Origin: Lobosporangium transversale
Lineage: Eukaryota
Assembly (NCBI RefSeq): GCF_002105155.1
Contig: NW_019028979.1
Coordinates: 310,001 to 374,000 of the forward strand
Reading direction: 5' to 3'
DNA: 64,000 nucleotides
A program made the translations under genes and the position numbers. Shown here one piece after another: positions 1-12,922 of the stretch (its first letter is position 1; each line of letters begins with the position of its first letter). The notes beneath the pieces are model-generated. The model was given only the letters and a program-made list of their open reading frames with translations, did not search any database and was not told where the DNA came from.

Positions 1-636
1 AAGTCAGGAAATACACACCAGTGAACTGAACTGAATAAAAAAAAAAAAGAAAAAAAAAATGTAGGGCACATACAGCTCCCATGAACCCTTTTGTTCATTC
101 ATCCACTCGCAATGGGAACCCAAAAGGGAGCAAGCGCCATGTTGTCTCATCATCCGCCCTCTCTCCTTGTCACGCCCTCCTTTCTCCTTTTTGTTTTTTT
201 TATATAAAATTATACGGCTCCCAACTTTCCTTCTTTTCTTTTTTTTCCACCCTTCCATCCTCCTTCCTCTTCATACGCTCTCCTCTTCTAACATCTCTGT
301 TGCAAAGATCTTGACCGTAGTCTTGATCTATAGCATCCTCTTCCTAGCCTTGCATCCTTTGCAAATTCCTTCCCTTCCATCCCTTTTCAGGGTATAAAGA
401 TTCCCTCCCACCGAAATCCTTACCCACACCTACACACATTCCATACGTCCGACCACCTTTCATCTCCAACCATCGATAACGTACCTCATCATCATTATCG
501 CTCTATCAATTCATCTTCCAATCTCTCTAATCTCTCCTTCCTTTGATAGTTGTACCTTCCTGTCCATCGATCTTGAAAACTAATTAAGGTTTTGATACGA
601 TCTGATTAAAGCGCAACCACATTTATTTACAGCAGA

Positions 637-1059
637 ATGAAATTCACTTCCATCCTCACCCTGACTGCTGCCTTGTGCGCTGTCACTGCAGCTGCTCCAT
701 CCAAAAATGATTCCTGCACATTGATGTCTCAACAGGCCAGCAAACGAGGCGCTTCAATGAGCTATGGAGCCGTGAAGGGTTGCTTTGAGAGCCACCCATA
801 CCGTCCTGACGTTGCTGAAAGGTCTTTGAGATCTGTGGAGAGAATGCTTAGCAACTTTTATGCATTTGTGGAACAAGCCAAACAAGATCCCGTCAAAGTT
901 CCTGGTGGAAGCATCTTCAAATCCAAGCCCGTGGATATCCTCGGCGAGCTGGCCAGGATCCGTAGAAAGAAGGATTGGAAGAGCGACTATGAGTTCCAGA
1001 ACGCGATTGCTTATTTGCTTCTTTCGGTTAACGATGGCCATCTCTCCTACACGAGTAAG

Positions 1060-1109
<50 letters not shown>

Positions 1110-2489
1110 GAAAATCAAACAATCAATAAGAGAGGGATGCTAAATATATCTTTATTTATTATTTTTATTAATTTACATTAGACTACTGCTACAGGACTGC
1201 AGTTTTCCGGCAGCCTATCTCGCTCTACGCACCTGTAGTCAATGGCAAACAATCTGTACGTGTCTTTCACGTCAATACCGAATTCTCGAGCAAAGGTCTT
1301 CCCAAAGATCCAGCCTCCTTGACTGAATGTGAAGTTCTCACTATCAATGGCAAGCCCGCTATGCAATATGTTCAAGAGTTCACTGACCGCACTTCAGGTA
1401 TCTCCAAGGATCCAGGTGTTCGTCTCAATGACGCCTTCGCAAGCACATCCTGGGTTGGTGACCGCTGGGCTATCAGTCCCGGTGGATTCGCATACCGTTG
1501 GGAGCTTCCAGAGAAGTCATCGGTGGATTACACCCTCAAATGTCCAAAGAACCAGACCTTGAAATTGACTGTTCCTTGGGATATCCGTGCTTCAGACATG
1601 TTTGAAATTGATTATTCTAAGAATCAAAAAGCCTATTGGAGATACCAATGTGATGCTAATGGCTATTATGACAATTACAACGACGGAAAGAACAGCAACA
1701 ACAGAGCCAACAGCGCCAAGAGACTTACCTCTCCCCGTTTCATTAATGGGGGCGTGTCTATCAAAGGAGGTGTCTCTGTTACTGTCGCTCCAGCTACGAC
1801 CACCTTTCAGCGGCGTGGTGCCCTTCCAGCGGAGGAAGCTTCTAACACGTATGATGCTCCTCGCAACGGCAAATCTGGTAGCAAGGGACCATCAGTGATT
1901 ACTCAGGCAAAGCTGGTGGATTACACTACCACGACTGCATTCTATAAGATGAATGGTAGCAAGTACTCGGATGTCTGTGTCGCTGTCATCTCAACCCAGA
2001 TGGCCGAGTTCTCTGACGATGACATCTCAGATTACTCTGAGTTTGTTCAAGGCTTCCATAAGCTTCAGAATCAAGGATGCAAGAAGTTGATCTTGGATAT
2101 GACCAACAACGGAGGTGGCTCAGTTGATTTCTCCTACTTCATCAACCATGTGTTCTTCCCTAAGACAGAGCCTTATTTCGTCCAGGACTTGAAGACGAAT
2201 GATCTCGTTCGGGAAGCAGCCAAAAAGGCCATCAAGAGATCACGAAATGCTCCTCCTTCTATCTTTGATGCCCGCTTCTATGTTTCTGCTGCAACTGACA
2301 AGACCTACAAGGACACGTCCATGTTTTTGAAGGATGTAAAACATAAGCGTGCTGGCTCCACGGTCACGTTCTCACAAAAGAACTATTTTGAACACAAGTG
2401 GCCATTCATGAAGAAGATCAAGCCTGTCCAGTTCAAGCCTGAAAACATGGCCATTATCACTAACGGCTTCTGGTAAGACTCTTTAAATG

Positions 2490-2522
<33 letters not shown>

Positions 2523-2961
2523 CAAAAGTATTCTGAACTAACTTCTTTATTTAAAAAAAAAAAAAAAAAAAAAAAAAATCTATAGTGGATCTGCTTGCTC
2601 CATGGTTGCAACTCGCTTCTCGGTAATGCATGGCGTTAAGACCTATGCCATTGGAGGCATCACAAACCGTCCCCTCTCTTACTTCACTTTCCCTGGCGGC
2701 TTTGTCATGGACAGCGGAACACTCCTAATGGACATCAAGGATTTGAAACTCAAGGGTGTCAAGAATATGCCCGTATCCTCACCTGTGGTCGCAGAGACTA
2801 GCATGGCCGTCGGAGAGATCTACACTTTCGAAAACAGCACCATCCCTCTTGAATACGATGCCCAATATTATGCTGCCAATATTCACTTGGACCAGGATCC
2901 TGTCTCTGCTAGGCACCCAGATCAAGTCTGGGTTAAGATTGCCACCCAATTTAAAAAATAA
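637..2961 (+). CDS. Secreted peptidase S41 (tail-specific protease)-like protein, 3 exons (637-1054, 1182-2472, 2586-2961)
   Basis: Signal peptide MKFTSILTLTAALCAVTAAAP. Motifs NDGHLSY and LILDMTNNGGG; splicing builds ITNGFCGSAC around the expected catalytic Ser. GT-AG introns 1055-1181 and 2473-2585 keep the frame. Confidence 0.8.
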
Positions 2962-3481
2962 GCAAAAGGAGCCGAGCCGGCATTCAGTTCAATTGATAAA
3001 ACAGTGCCTACCTATTTAATAAATAATCTGGATTCTCATTTAAACTTTTCCTTTGAAACAAAATTGCCTTTTTTTTTATTGTTTTTGTTATACATGATTA
3101 CTACTTTTACTTTTTTTTGGTGCTTTGTTCTTTTTGTTCTTTTTTTTATATTTTCTTTTTACTATACAGCGCGGCTGGATTCTTTGCTTTGTCCTTGACT
3201 TATTGAAATAAAGCAACAAGGCACGATCCCAAAATCGCGAAGGAACTACAACGAGTTGTACAAGTGAAGTTTAACGAATTAACGCAAAAATAATAATAAT
3301 AATAACCAAGTGTCTTAGGCTAAAGTACAGGAATCTGAGGAAATGAAGAAAAAAAAAAAAAAAAAAAAAAGACGTGTTGTATGTGTGTGGTATGTGCATG
3401 TCGAAGAGTAAACGGAAAGGTTGAGGAAGAAACCAAGAGGCCAAATTGCCTATAGTGCATACACAGAAAGCTAAGAGTTCT

Positions 3482-5834
3482 CTACTGTGTGTGACCAGGA
3501 TGGCCGATCGAAATAAAGTGATGTCTCGTAGAAGTCGAAAGACTTCGAAGATCCGTCTCCGATAAAAGTGTGCATCGGTAGCGAATCATACTAAATTATT
3601 GAATTAAATAAAATAGAGATAAGTCCTGCTGACCATCCTTGCTGATTTGATATGCCATTATATCCATTTTTACATTTGCGCAATGGGAAAACTTACCTAT
3701 CACGCAAATCGTCAATAAGATCGTCTTGATCATACGAGTCATCATCAAAGCGATACTTGTCAAAGGCGTTGATACCATCGTACTGTAAGAACAGATCTTT
3801 GAGATTGTCGTAGTAACCATGTGAGTCCTTGAACATGTTTCTAGGTCTCGTAAACTGGCGGTCAATGTGAATACGACCACCACGGCCGACACGCTTTCTG
3901 AACGACATGTATTTGCCATTGCGTTGCTGAGGCAATATCTTGAAGAATTGCTGCGGGTATGGTACTGTGAATTGTTGATACGGATTCTGTAACGAGCGAA
4001 TATGTGTTTTTTAAATTATAAAAAAAAAAAAAAAAAAAAAAAGAGGCACATGGTTAATGATAAGGATAAAGTACTCCAAACCAGATTTAACAGATATACT
4101 CTTTACATAGTACGTACGTCAGTAAGATCCTCCCAGCCAACATCGTCCTCTCGGCGTTTAGCCAACTCAGATTCAATATTGGAGTGCGAAGAGCGGTCCT
4201 TTCTACCATCCTCTTGAGATGAGGTCGATTCACGGTCTGCGAGGAGGTTATGAGGGATACGAATAGTAGCGCTGGCCTCTCTTCTGTTCTTTTTCTGTAG
4301 TAAATAGGCGAGAAATTTCATTGCAAGTAAGTATAAAAAGATTTCTCATTATCTTCGTAAGTTTCGAACAAGATTTTCTTTTTCTTTTTTACCTTCTGAA
4401 TGTCTTCGTCATCTTCCCTGATACCAAGACTTCTCTTATATTCGCGCACCTTGCAGCGCTGATCGAAGATTGTGTGTTCGAGTACAAGCGATTCTTTCCG
4501 AACCTTCTCGCGCTTTGAGACCATCTCAAGCAGACTGCGTGCACTCTCCATCTCCATACGCAGCTTTCGCAGTTTCTCGATCGATTGCTGGTCAGTACGT
4601 CTGGTTTTGCGAACGGGCTTGCTTTCGCGGCGACGGAAACACAGGTATGGGTCTGCTTCGTTCCTAACAACCTCCTCAAACTATTAAAAGTTCCCCAAAA
4701 GTTAGATTAGTTGACTTGAGTTGAGCACTTTTAGGTAACAAGTCAATCATCATTAAACAAACTTGCCTTCAGTTGAGGGGTAATGACTTTACCACCTCTC
4801 TTGGATCTCCTTTCCTGCCACCATGGATACACAGACGCGGCAATGTTCTTGAGACCCAAGAGCTGTGGACCCGTAAATGTTGCCTTGAGATCTTCAAATG
4901 ACGGGATCTGGCCACTATCCTGTAAGTATCAGCATGAATTGTAAAGTAATAGTGAGTTACTATGCTGAGCACTGAAAACCGTGCCACAGCAGAGAACGAA
5001 GAAAAATGAGATAGAAACTTACCAGCTGCAGATAAGGAACGCGCTCATTAGTGATTTTTTCGAATTGCCACATGATTAGCTCAAAATGGTCTTCATCTAG
5101 TTTTTCCTCATCAGCGGCTCGCTTCTCATTAAATTCCTTGAGCCATTTGTCATCCTCATCATCCATATTATACGGACATCCGATACAATCCTCGACTGTG
5201 GATGAAAATCGGATGAGGGTTGAAGGCTCTGAGAAGGGGCGATTGTAGAAATCACGGTAGTTTTCAATTTTGCGGCTAGCATCGGGTGTAGGGATGTACA
5301 GTGATTTAGCCTCACCAGTTGTCGTCAGCAGATTGGAAGCAGAAATAGCTGCTTGCAAGTGATGTTCCTATTCAAACACGAGATGAAATGCTGTTTAACA
5401 TCTTGTATATATGCAATACATATACATGTCAGAACAGAGACGCGATTCAAGAGAAATCCACAAGAACATTTTATGAAGCGGCGAAGTCCAGCTGTTCAAG
5501 AGAAACTGAGACAGTCGCCCAAACACAACACTTTGAGAAAGCCCCTCCGAAGAAATGAGAAGATAGGATTGATGAAGGACTAATGCCCGTGTTTTTGCAT
5601 CCACTACTGTGGAAACGGAAAGGAAAAAAAATGGCGGGAAAAATAATATGTACAAAAATTTAACACAACGCATACCGCTTCTTCTTCCTTATCGACACCT
5701 GTCTCTGTCTGAGGAATACTCCGTTGCAAACTGACAGACTCATCGAGATCAGGGATATCGACTGCACGATAAACGCGCAGGAGTTGCTTGTTATTGATCT
5801 TGCGGTTCCTGAACCGGGCCCCAACGTTCTTCAT
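3482..5834 (-). CDS. EPL1: Enhancer of polycomb-like protein (NuA4 subunit), multi-exon
   Basis: N-terminus ARFRNRKINNKQLL...ETGVDKEEEA splices to EHHLQAAIS. Also YIPTPDAS, CPYNMDDEDDKWL, FELIMWQFEK, PYLCFRRRESKPVRKTRRTD and FRKRVGRGGRIHIDR, all typical of Epl1/EPC. Last exon 3590-3482. Confidence 0.9.
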
Positions 5835-7437
5835 GGTTGGGCTGGCTCTGGAGGGTGTTGATACTACGGGAGCAGGAATTTTGGCAGGATAGTAAAAAAT
5901 AGTGTTTGTACGTGGGATTTGAGTCACGTGGCTGCTCAGAGTCAATTTTTTTTTTTTTTTTCCTTCCTAGTCAAGTCAGTTTTTTGAAAAGTTGAAAGGA
6001 AAGCACAGCAGAAAGGTTGATTTTTCTATCAGAAATAGTGAATGAAAATGATTATGAAATAGGATGGGGTCATTAGATGAGAATGAAAGATGTGAGTGAG
6101 ATGCAGATGCTCTGATTAATGATTATGGCCAGAATGATGCGTCGCTGGAGAGGGAATTGTCAATGAAAGAAATGAGGGCGAGTCAAATGAAAATTTGTGT
6201 TCGAGGGGGTGCGAATATTCCACCTGTGAATACTGCGTGACAAATTTTTTTTTTTAGTTGTCCTTTGATGTGTGCAGAGACAAAAAAAAAGGTCGGGCGT
6301 AAAAAATGATTTTATTTCGGGAGGGCTGGAGCGGGGTTTATTTTTTTTTTGCGCAATCTGCAGAAAAATCTGCTCTCCATCTGACAACACTAAATTGGCC
6401 TAGCCAATCAGACTAACCCGTGATTTGGACTGCTCACTGTCTATTCACGCGTCCAAGTGCAATATCAGATCATCTATTAGGAGCACCACAACTTCTACAG
6501 GAGGGAGTCGCTACGTAATGCAATCCCAAGCCTTGCAGACCATTTCCCGGGACAATACACGGTAAATGAAGTCTGGTATGTATATTAACCCTCTCTGTGC
6601 ATATACTATTGAAGTTTGCTTGTTGAGAAAAAATGTTTCTCAATTTTGATACGCACCATCTAGTCTTTCTAACTCAAGCAACCCTACTGTTGAAACCAAG
6701 CCTATTGCTAGATTCACTTCTTCCTCCTCTTGCATCCTCGAATCGTACTACTTTATGTAGGGTGCCCGTGCCTTCTTCAATCCCATCATTATTCTCGCTT
6801 CCCTGATGTTTTGTATTTATTACTCCTTTAACGTTTCTCATTGTATTTCAAATCAAATTTTCAGGGGAGGGTCTCAAGAGGATAGATAACAGGGCTTTAC
6901 TTCACGAAAGGGCGTCCTTTCTTATATACTTGCGTTAGTCGGTCTTGAACAAAACTGGGAACATATTTCTCTTCCTCGTTTTCTTCCTCATCCTCGCCTT
7001 CAACCTCGCTCTCATCTTCTTCTCCACTCTTATTCTCTTCTGTATCCCCCTCTTATATCTTATATCTCCTCTTTCCTGTCTTCCTCTTCTCTTCTTCTTA
7101 CTCTTCCTGGTTCTGTCTTTAATTCAGCACAGAGAATATCTTTGTGGCTAGGCGAATAACTATGGTCAGACATTGAGGCTTGCTTTTCTTCTAGAGATGC
7201 CGAACTGCACATGATGCCGTTTCAAGCGTGTTTTGGTCTCTGGAGTCGTGGTCTATGATAGCTCTGCGCGGTAAGACGAAAGCATTGTTGGTTTCGAGGC
7301 CATTGCTGAAACCTGCAGATTTGTGAATGGATCTATAATGCCATTCTGAGTATGATATGACTGTATGAAAGATCGTTCGCTTATTTCTGAATATACATCC
7401 CAGCTATTAGAAGGAGCAACCTCATTGATGCAAGGAG

Positions 7438-8655
7438 TCATCGAACCTTGCAAACTCGCTGACAGGACATCGTTGGGTGGGTGCGACAGTGTGAGTGCGA
7501 CAGTGTGAGTGCTTCCGTATCAATCGTTAGACACGAATCCCCGCTAGATTCTAGGTAGTATATCCGCTCTTCTTGATATCGTTTCAGCTTGAGTTTTGCT
7601 AAACGCTCTTTATCTGCCTCAATAATCTCCCTTGTTGTAGGCACATCAACACCCCTATCAAGGCTATAAACCTGTGCGCCGTCTTCTGAGTGCGAATCAG
7701 GCCTACTAAAGCTCGCATTGATACTGCTACGGATGGTAGTCTTGACATCGACATCTTCCCAATCTCCTTCAACGCCAAGGCTTTGTTTCTCAACTAAACT
7801 ATTTCTATAGCCTCCATGCTTTTGCCTTGTATTCGCCATAGACCCACAGGATCGACTGAGTAAGAATACAACTGCTGGAAACAACCATGGAACCACAGCA
7901 ATTCCGATCCATGGGACATTGCAACACAGTAACCATACACCAAATACAAATCCCTGCATTTCAATACCATACAGAGATATCCATGCTCGTTCTTCCCATT
8001 GTTTAAAACCAACTCGCACAAGATAGGGCTGTAAGAACTCGTACATCAAGAGCTGTTGCAAAGTGAAGATTTGAAGACCCCAAATGAGAAACCGAGGATA
8101 GATGACGAATACTGCGAGGATGACTAGTTTCCAATACACATGCTGGGTGCCCCTGTATCTCAAGCTTAAATCGATAGTCACGAGCGCAAGTCCCTTGCAA
8201 AGTATTGATAGCAATCCACTATAGTCGATGAGTTTACGGAGGATCATGGTCGAGATATAGGCCATGAGGATTCGTCGGTAATATCGTTTTGTTTGAGAGA
8301 AATATTCAAGCGCAGGTTTTGCAGTAATGTCAGGCCGTTCTGAACATCCAAGAAGTTGTACTGTATTGATGAAGATTTTATCCCATAGAAAAGGATAAAG
8401 GTATCGACAGACAAGGATGGAAGGGTAGAAAAACGGGTTATGTACAAAGTAAGGCCCAATGGTGAACGGTATGGATTTGATGACGATATGAATGATACAG
8501 TAGATTGCTGAGCACTGAAAGCTTAGTGCAAGGATAACTCTTTTTGTCTCTGAACCATTTTTGTGCTGAAATACCTCCAAGAGGTGTTGTAAGCCAGACC
8601 CAAACTGTGACACCCATTCTCTAAGGTTAAGTGCCAACTGTTTGATATGAAACAT
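7438..8655 (-). CDS. Hypothetical multi-pass membrane protein (405-aa intronless ORF; possibly C-terminally truncated)
   Basis: Long ORF with several hydrophobic segments in the first ~265 aa and a hydrophilic tail. Coding-like but stop-broken sequence continues downstream. Confidence 0.55.
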   Translation of the reverse strand: MFHIKQLALNLREWVSQFGSGLQHLLEVFQHKNGSETKRVILALSFQCSAIYCIIHIVIKSIPFTIGPYFVHNPFFYPSILVCRYLYPFLWDKIFINTVQLLGCSERPDITAKPALEYFSQTKRYYRRILMAYISTMILRKLIDYSGLLSILCKGLALVTIDLSLRYRGTQHVYWKLVILAVFVIYPRFLIWGLQIFTLQQLLMYEFLQPYLVRVGFKQWEERAWISLYGIEMQGFVFGVWLLCCNVPWIGIAVVPWLFPAVVFLLSRSCGSMANTRQKHGGYRNSLVEKQSLGVEGDWEDVDVKTTIRSSINASFSRPDSHSEDGAQVYSLDRGVDVPTTREIIEADKERLAKLKLKRYQEERIYYLESSGDSCLTIDTEALTLSHSHCRTHPTMSCQRVCKVR

Positions 8656-8771
8656 GTGTGTGAGAAAAAGATGGAGATGAGATGCCGAGATTAATCAGAT
8701 TGGATGAGAATGAGAATCGAAAAGGCGTGAGAACGCCAGAAAGAAGATTCCTTCAATCAAAGTGCAGACCC

Positions 8772-8792
8772 TGACCAATAGGCCATTGGTCA
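8772..8792. promoter_or_regulatory. Inverted pair of CCAAT boxes (TGACCAAT-aggcc-ATTGGTCA) in a short divergent intergenic region
   Basis: 8-bp perfect inverted repeat containing CCAAT on each strand, lying between divergent ATGs at 8655 (-) and 9037 (+). Confidence 0.35.
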
Positions 8793-9036
8793 ATTAGGCC
8801 CCATCGAAACAATAGGAGTATCTTTAGTGCTGCGGTAAATAGGTAAATAAAGAGATGTTGGTATTAGACTTACTCTTAAAATACACGCGCCAGGTAAAAG
8901 ATGCAGTAAGTGTCTCTTGACGAAGAAGTTTAGGGGGAAACAAAAAAGTTATCAGTTGACTTTCATCCATTGCCCCATTATTTTCTCAATTAACACTTTT
9001 GACGATCCCTTTTTTCACAATTATTGCACACCAACC

Positions 9037-9512
9037 ATGGCATCCATCCCAATCCCTCGTTATTACCGAACTCCGATTTACATTCCTTCGAAAAATGACG
9101 GCTGCATGCTTGAAGTCTGTCTGTCCATCCCAACAACAATTTCTTCCCAACCCCGAATCTACACAGGAGTCGTTATCGCTCATCCATATGGTCCCCTTGG
9201 TGGTTCATACCACAATAATGTGGTTGGTAATCTGTTGCAGTGGTTCGAAACCTATCAGCTCCAAGCTGCAATAGATGACAGCAATGATAGCGGCATTACA
9301 GCGACTATGTCCTCTAGCAGTGCATCGCTAGAGACAGGAGCTACGCCCGCAGGCAAGAAGAGCTCAAAAAAGAAGCATTCTGTCCCACTGTCCTGTGTAA
9401 TTTGCGCTTTCAACTTTCGGTAATTAAGCCTTGTTTAATGATTTAAGAATCCTCGTCTTCTGACGTAGCCATTCCTCTCTCTTTCCCTGCCACCCAAGAA
9501 ACCACCATTAAC

Positions 9513-9560
<48 letters not shown>

Positions 9561-10434
9561 GTGCGGCCGATCCAAGGGTAGGACATCATGGTTTGGAGGG
9601 GCAGAACGCGACGACTATCAGACTATCGTTGATTTTCTACAGAGTGGCTCTCACTCCAGAGCAAGTCCCCATTTAGGCCACCAAGATTCTGATATTGGTT
9701 GGTCTGGCAAGGTCTATGATGACACTGGCCGCCAGATTGATTCACCACGATTACCATTTTTCTCGCGGTTTATACTTTGTGTACGTTTTTATTGCGTAAC
9801 AGAGAGTTGACAATTCTCCCTCGCAACCGTGATTGACAATATCCATGATTCAACACATGTCCTGATATTGCGTAATACATAGGGTTATTCATATGGCGGG
9901 ATGGTCGCGTCGACAATTCCGCCCCCTCTCAGAAATCCAGCTGATCCAAGCTTGGGACATTTGCCCACCACATACATCCTTGTCAGCTATCCTGCCGGTG
10001 TATCTTGGTTTCTGACCTGTGGTGCACATCGTTCCTTCGCAAAACGCGCTCGAGAGATTCTTTTTCAAGGAGATCCAAAGCAAGAGACGGCCATGATGGA
10101 AAATGGAGAAAGAGATAATGAAAGTAGAAGTGAAAGTGGGCGAGACAGGAAAAACTCAACAATAAAAGCTTATTTCATTACAGGAGGGCAAGATCAGTTC
10201 ACGAGCCCAAACACCCTTCTAACCTGGCTCAAGACGAATACAGGATTAAGTCCGCCACCAGTACCAACACCCAGACAAGCCAAGGGGGATGGCTCGAACA
10301 TTCCTTTGACTTTAAGACGACCAGATGGGGCCATTCATCTGGATGTGCTTGAGGATGTAGACCACTTTTGGTTAGACCGTGAGCAAGAGTTGTTGGATAA
10401 GCTACAGCGCTGGTGGACCGAAACGCATGTGTAA
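9037..10434 (+). CDS. Alpha/beta hydrolase fold protein, 3 exons (9037-9419, 9558-9780, 9883-10434)
   Basis: HPYGPLGGSYHNNVV, spliced FNFRGCGRSKGRTSW, nucleophile elbow GYSYGG, GGQDQF (Asp) and VDHFW (His) give a complete catalytic triad. Confidence 0.85.
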
Positions 10435-10716
10435 AAAAAGGTAACCCCAAGACTACACATTAATATGCAAATATGCATAAATCGCCTTCGAAAACGTATG
10501 AATAAATAAACTATTGGGCGTTTCTCATGTCGCGTCGCTTTACGTGGACAATGGCGTCATTAAATTAATGAAAGCCAAACTTCTATATATTCATGACCAC
10601 AAATAGCCAGTGGATCACAAATAGACAGCCCATCAGTCTCTCAATGGAGTGTATTTATATGTATTCTGTATTCATTTTTTGCATGAATTTAGACTATGGT
10701 GTCTTAAAGCCCAGTA

Positions 10717-10949
10717 CAGTCTGCCTTCAAGAAGTGGGCCATTTTGACCCACTTGCTAATGGAATTTGGCGCCTATTTAATTCAATCGAATAAATAAAAA
10801 AACTAGCATTTAATATCAGCCCCTTAATAATGCAGAAATTATTAAGGGACGTATCCGTTAGCTAGTTTGCAACCGATTTCATTAGGCTCTACAAACTCAC
10901 TGGCAAGTGGGCCATTTTGACCATTTTGACCCACTTCTTGAGTAGACTG
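10717..10949. mobile_element. Non-autonomous TIR element (MITE), Tc1/mariner-pogo-like, TA-flanked
   Basis: Left end TA|CAGTCTGCCTTCAAGAAGTGGGCC matches the reverse complement of the right end, TA|CAGTCTACTCAAGAAGTGGGTC. The motif AAGTGGGCCATTTTGACC occurs near both ends. No coding capacity. Confidence 0.75.
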
Positions 10950-12922
10950 TAGATGAAAAAGGTAACTCATGGCTGTGGCGAGGACTCTTTCACCTTATTA
11001 GTTGTACAAACAAAACGACAGAAGAAAGAGGTTGATGTTAGACTAGCCGTGCTTTTTTTTTTTTGACACTCGTGACAGAGAGTGCGCTTTTGTTTGTGTG
11101 TTTGTGAGTTTTTGTACTTTCGGTCAACGGAAAAAGCCAAATGAGAGACAAGGGGGCGTCGCTTTAGTGGATATTCATCATAACCCCTATTTCAAGCGAA
11201 AATGATTGTTTCTGTGAATGTGGAATGTTTGTAAAGCAAAATAGCAAAAACAGCTTAAACAGCATAACTCGCATTATTCATTCTTTAAAAAAGCAAAGAT
11301 GTGGTTGCACAAGTTCTCTTCTTTCACCCCTTGACTTCTCAACGCAGCAAAGGCGGCGGAAGCATTGCCAGAATCAGTAAAAAAAGGTGCTGTTGTGCCT
11401 TGATTCTTCTCTGCGTGTACATTAATAAAAACAAACAGGAAAGGAAAATAAACGAACAAAATCCTGTTCCCGCTGGCTGGGAAAAGGCTCTTTTTTTCTT
11501 TTTTGTTTTTTGCAAAGGAAATGACAGGTCGTTTGTTTGTGCACGAATCCACTTTTTCTCTCATTACTGGTCTGCAGAGCACCTTCCAACATGCAGGCCA
11601 GCAAGTAGCAGGAGTAGGGGTAAGGACGGGGAGTGGAAGAGGAGGGTACAGTCCCTGTAGTGAATCAAAATACCCTGTATGGAAAAAGTTTCTCAAAACA
11701 TTCGTGGTTGGAAACGGATCAAGGCAGGAAACAGCAAGAAAAAGATGTCCATGTGGATCATTTGAGACCCATATTGTTCTTTACGTTTCTTATTTTGTCC
11801 AATCGATCCACCCACATCGTTTTTCTTCTTTTTTGTTTTCAACTCTAAACAATACTTACAGTCTGCTAGATATTTTTGTGTGCGTGAGCGTATGTGGATG
11901 TATGGATTTAATAGTTGGACAGTTAGGAATGCATGCTCAAGCATGGGATAGCATGGGAATATCCGTACTCTGCAAAGGCTACGTGGCATAGAGCACCAAT
12001 GACAAAACGCTCATTCTTTCTCTCTCTATTCCTTTTTTTCTTTTTTTTTTTTTTTTTTCTATTAGGCACTCGACCATCATAACCATATATTCCATGTTGC
12101 AAGGGCGCAAAAGGAAGAGATCAATGGATGTTAGGATGCAGGATTATCGCAAATTAACCCAAGGATGATCAATACAGTATGAACGAGAGTGGTGTTCAAG
12201 GAGAAGAGGAAGGGGTAGGAAGAAGAAAATAGAAAAAGAAGAAGGAAGATCCAGTCAGGATATGGGGTCCTCACGATTCAAATGTAAGCCATACATCACT
12301 TCAGCCTAGACCAAGAGAGCTCACTCCTACATTCATCTGGACACATTGAGTGGTTGATGAATAAAAAGGGTCATGACCATGGCTCTAGCCCTCAGAGACT
12401 GCAAGGTTTCCCTTGCAGAAAGTAGAAGGAACCAAGGATTGCATTGTGTTGATGGTCTAGTTTTTTTGTTTTTTGTTTTTTAGTTTGAAATAAAAAAAGA
12501 ACAACGCACAGTTACAATCACTGAACCCACACCTGCACTTTGTCACTCCTCCGATCTTTTTTTTATCTTTCTGTTTCTTTCTCTCCCTCTCTCTCCTTTT
12601 GCTCTTAGCATTCAACTCGTTCAATTCTCTCATTCATCCACAGTACATTCACTCTCTCACTCTCATTCTCATCGTCATACTTATCCTCATTCCCATCTCT
12701 TTTACTGCTTCCATCCTTTTTTTTTTAATAGTTTTACCGTCTCTTTTTATCCTCTTACTCGCTTCTATCTTCCCCACTCTGACGCAGGCACGGAAGAAGA
12801 GAGAGTCTGAGTGAGTGAGTGAAATTGTATGCAAGGAGAGCAACGATAATAGTAGCAATCTTATCGCACTAAAAAAAATTTTCTGCTTGCTCAACCGTTC
12901 AACTGTCTACATTTTGTGCTCA

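Noticed and set aside
11274..11991. Overlapping 100-160 aa ORFs on both strands
   Set aside because: No recognisable motifs, Phe/Lys-rich composition from A/T runs, and no convincing splice structure; treated as intergenic.
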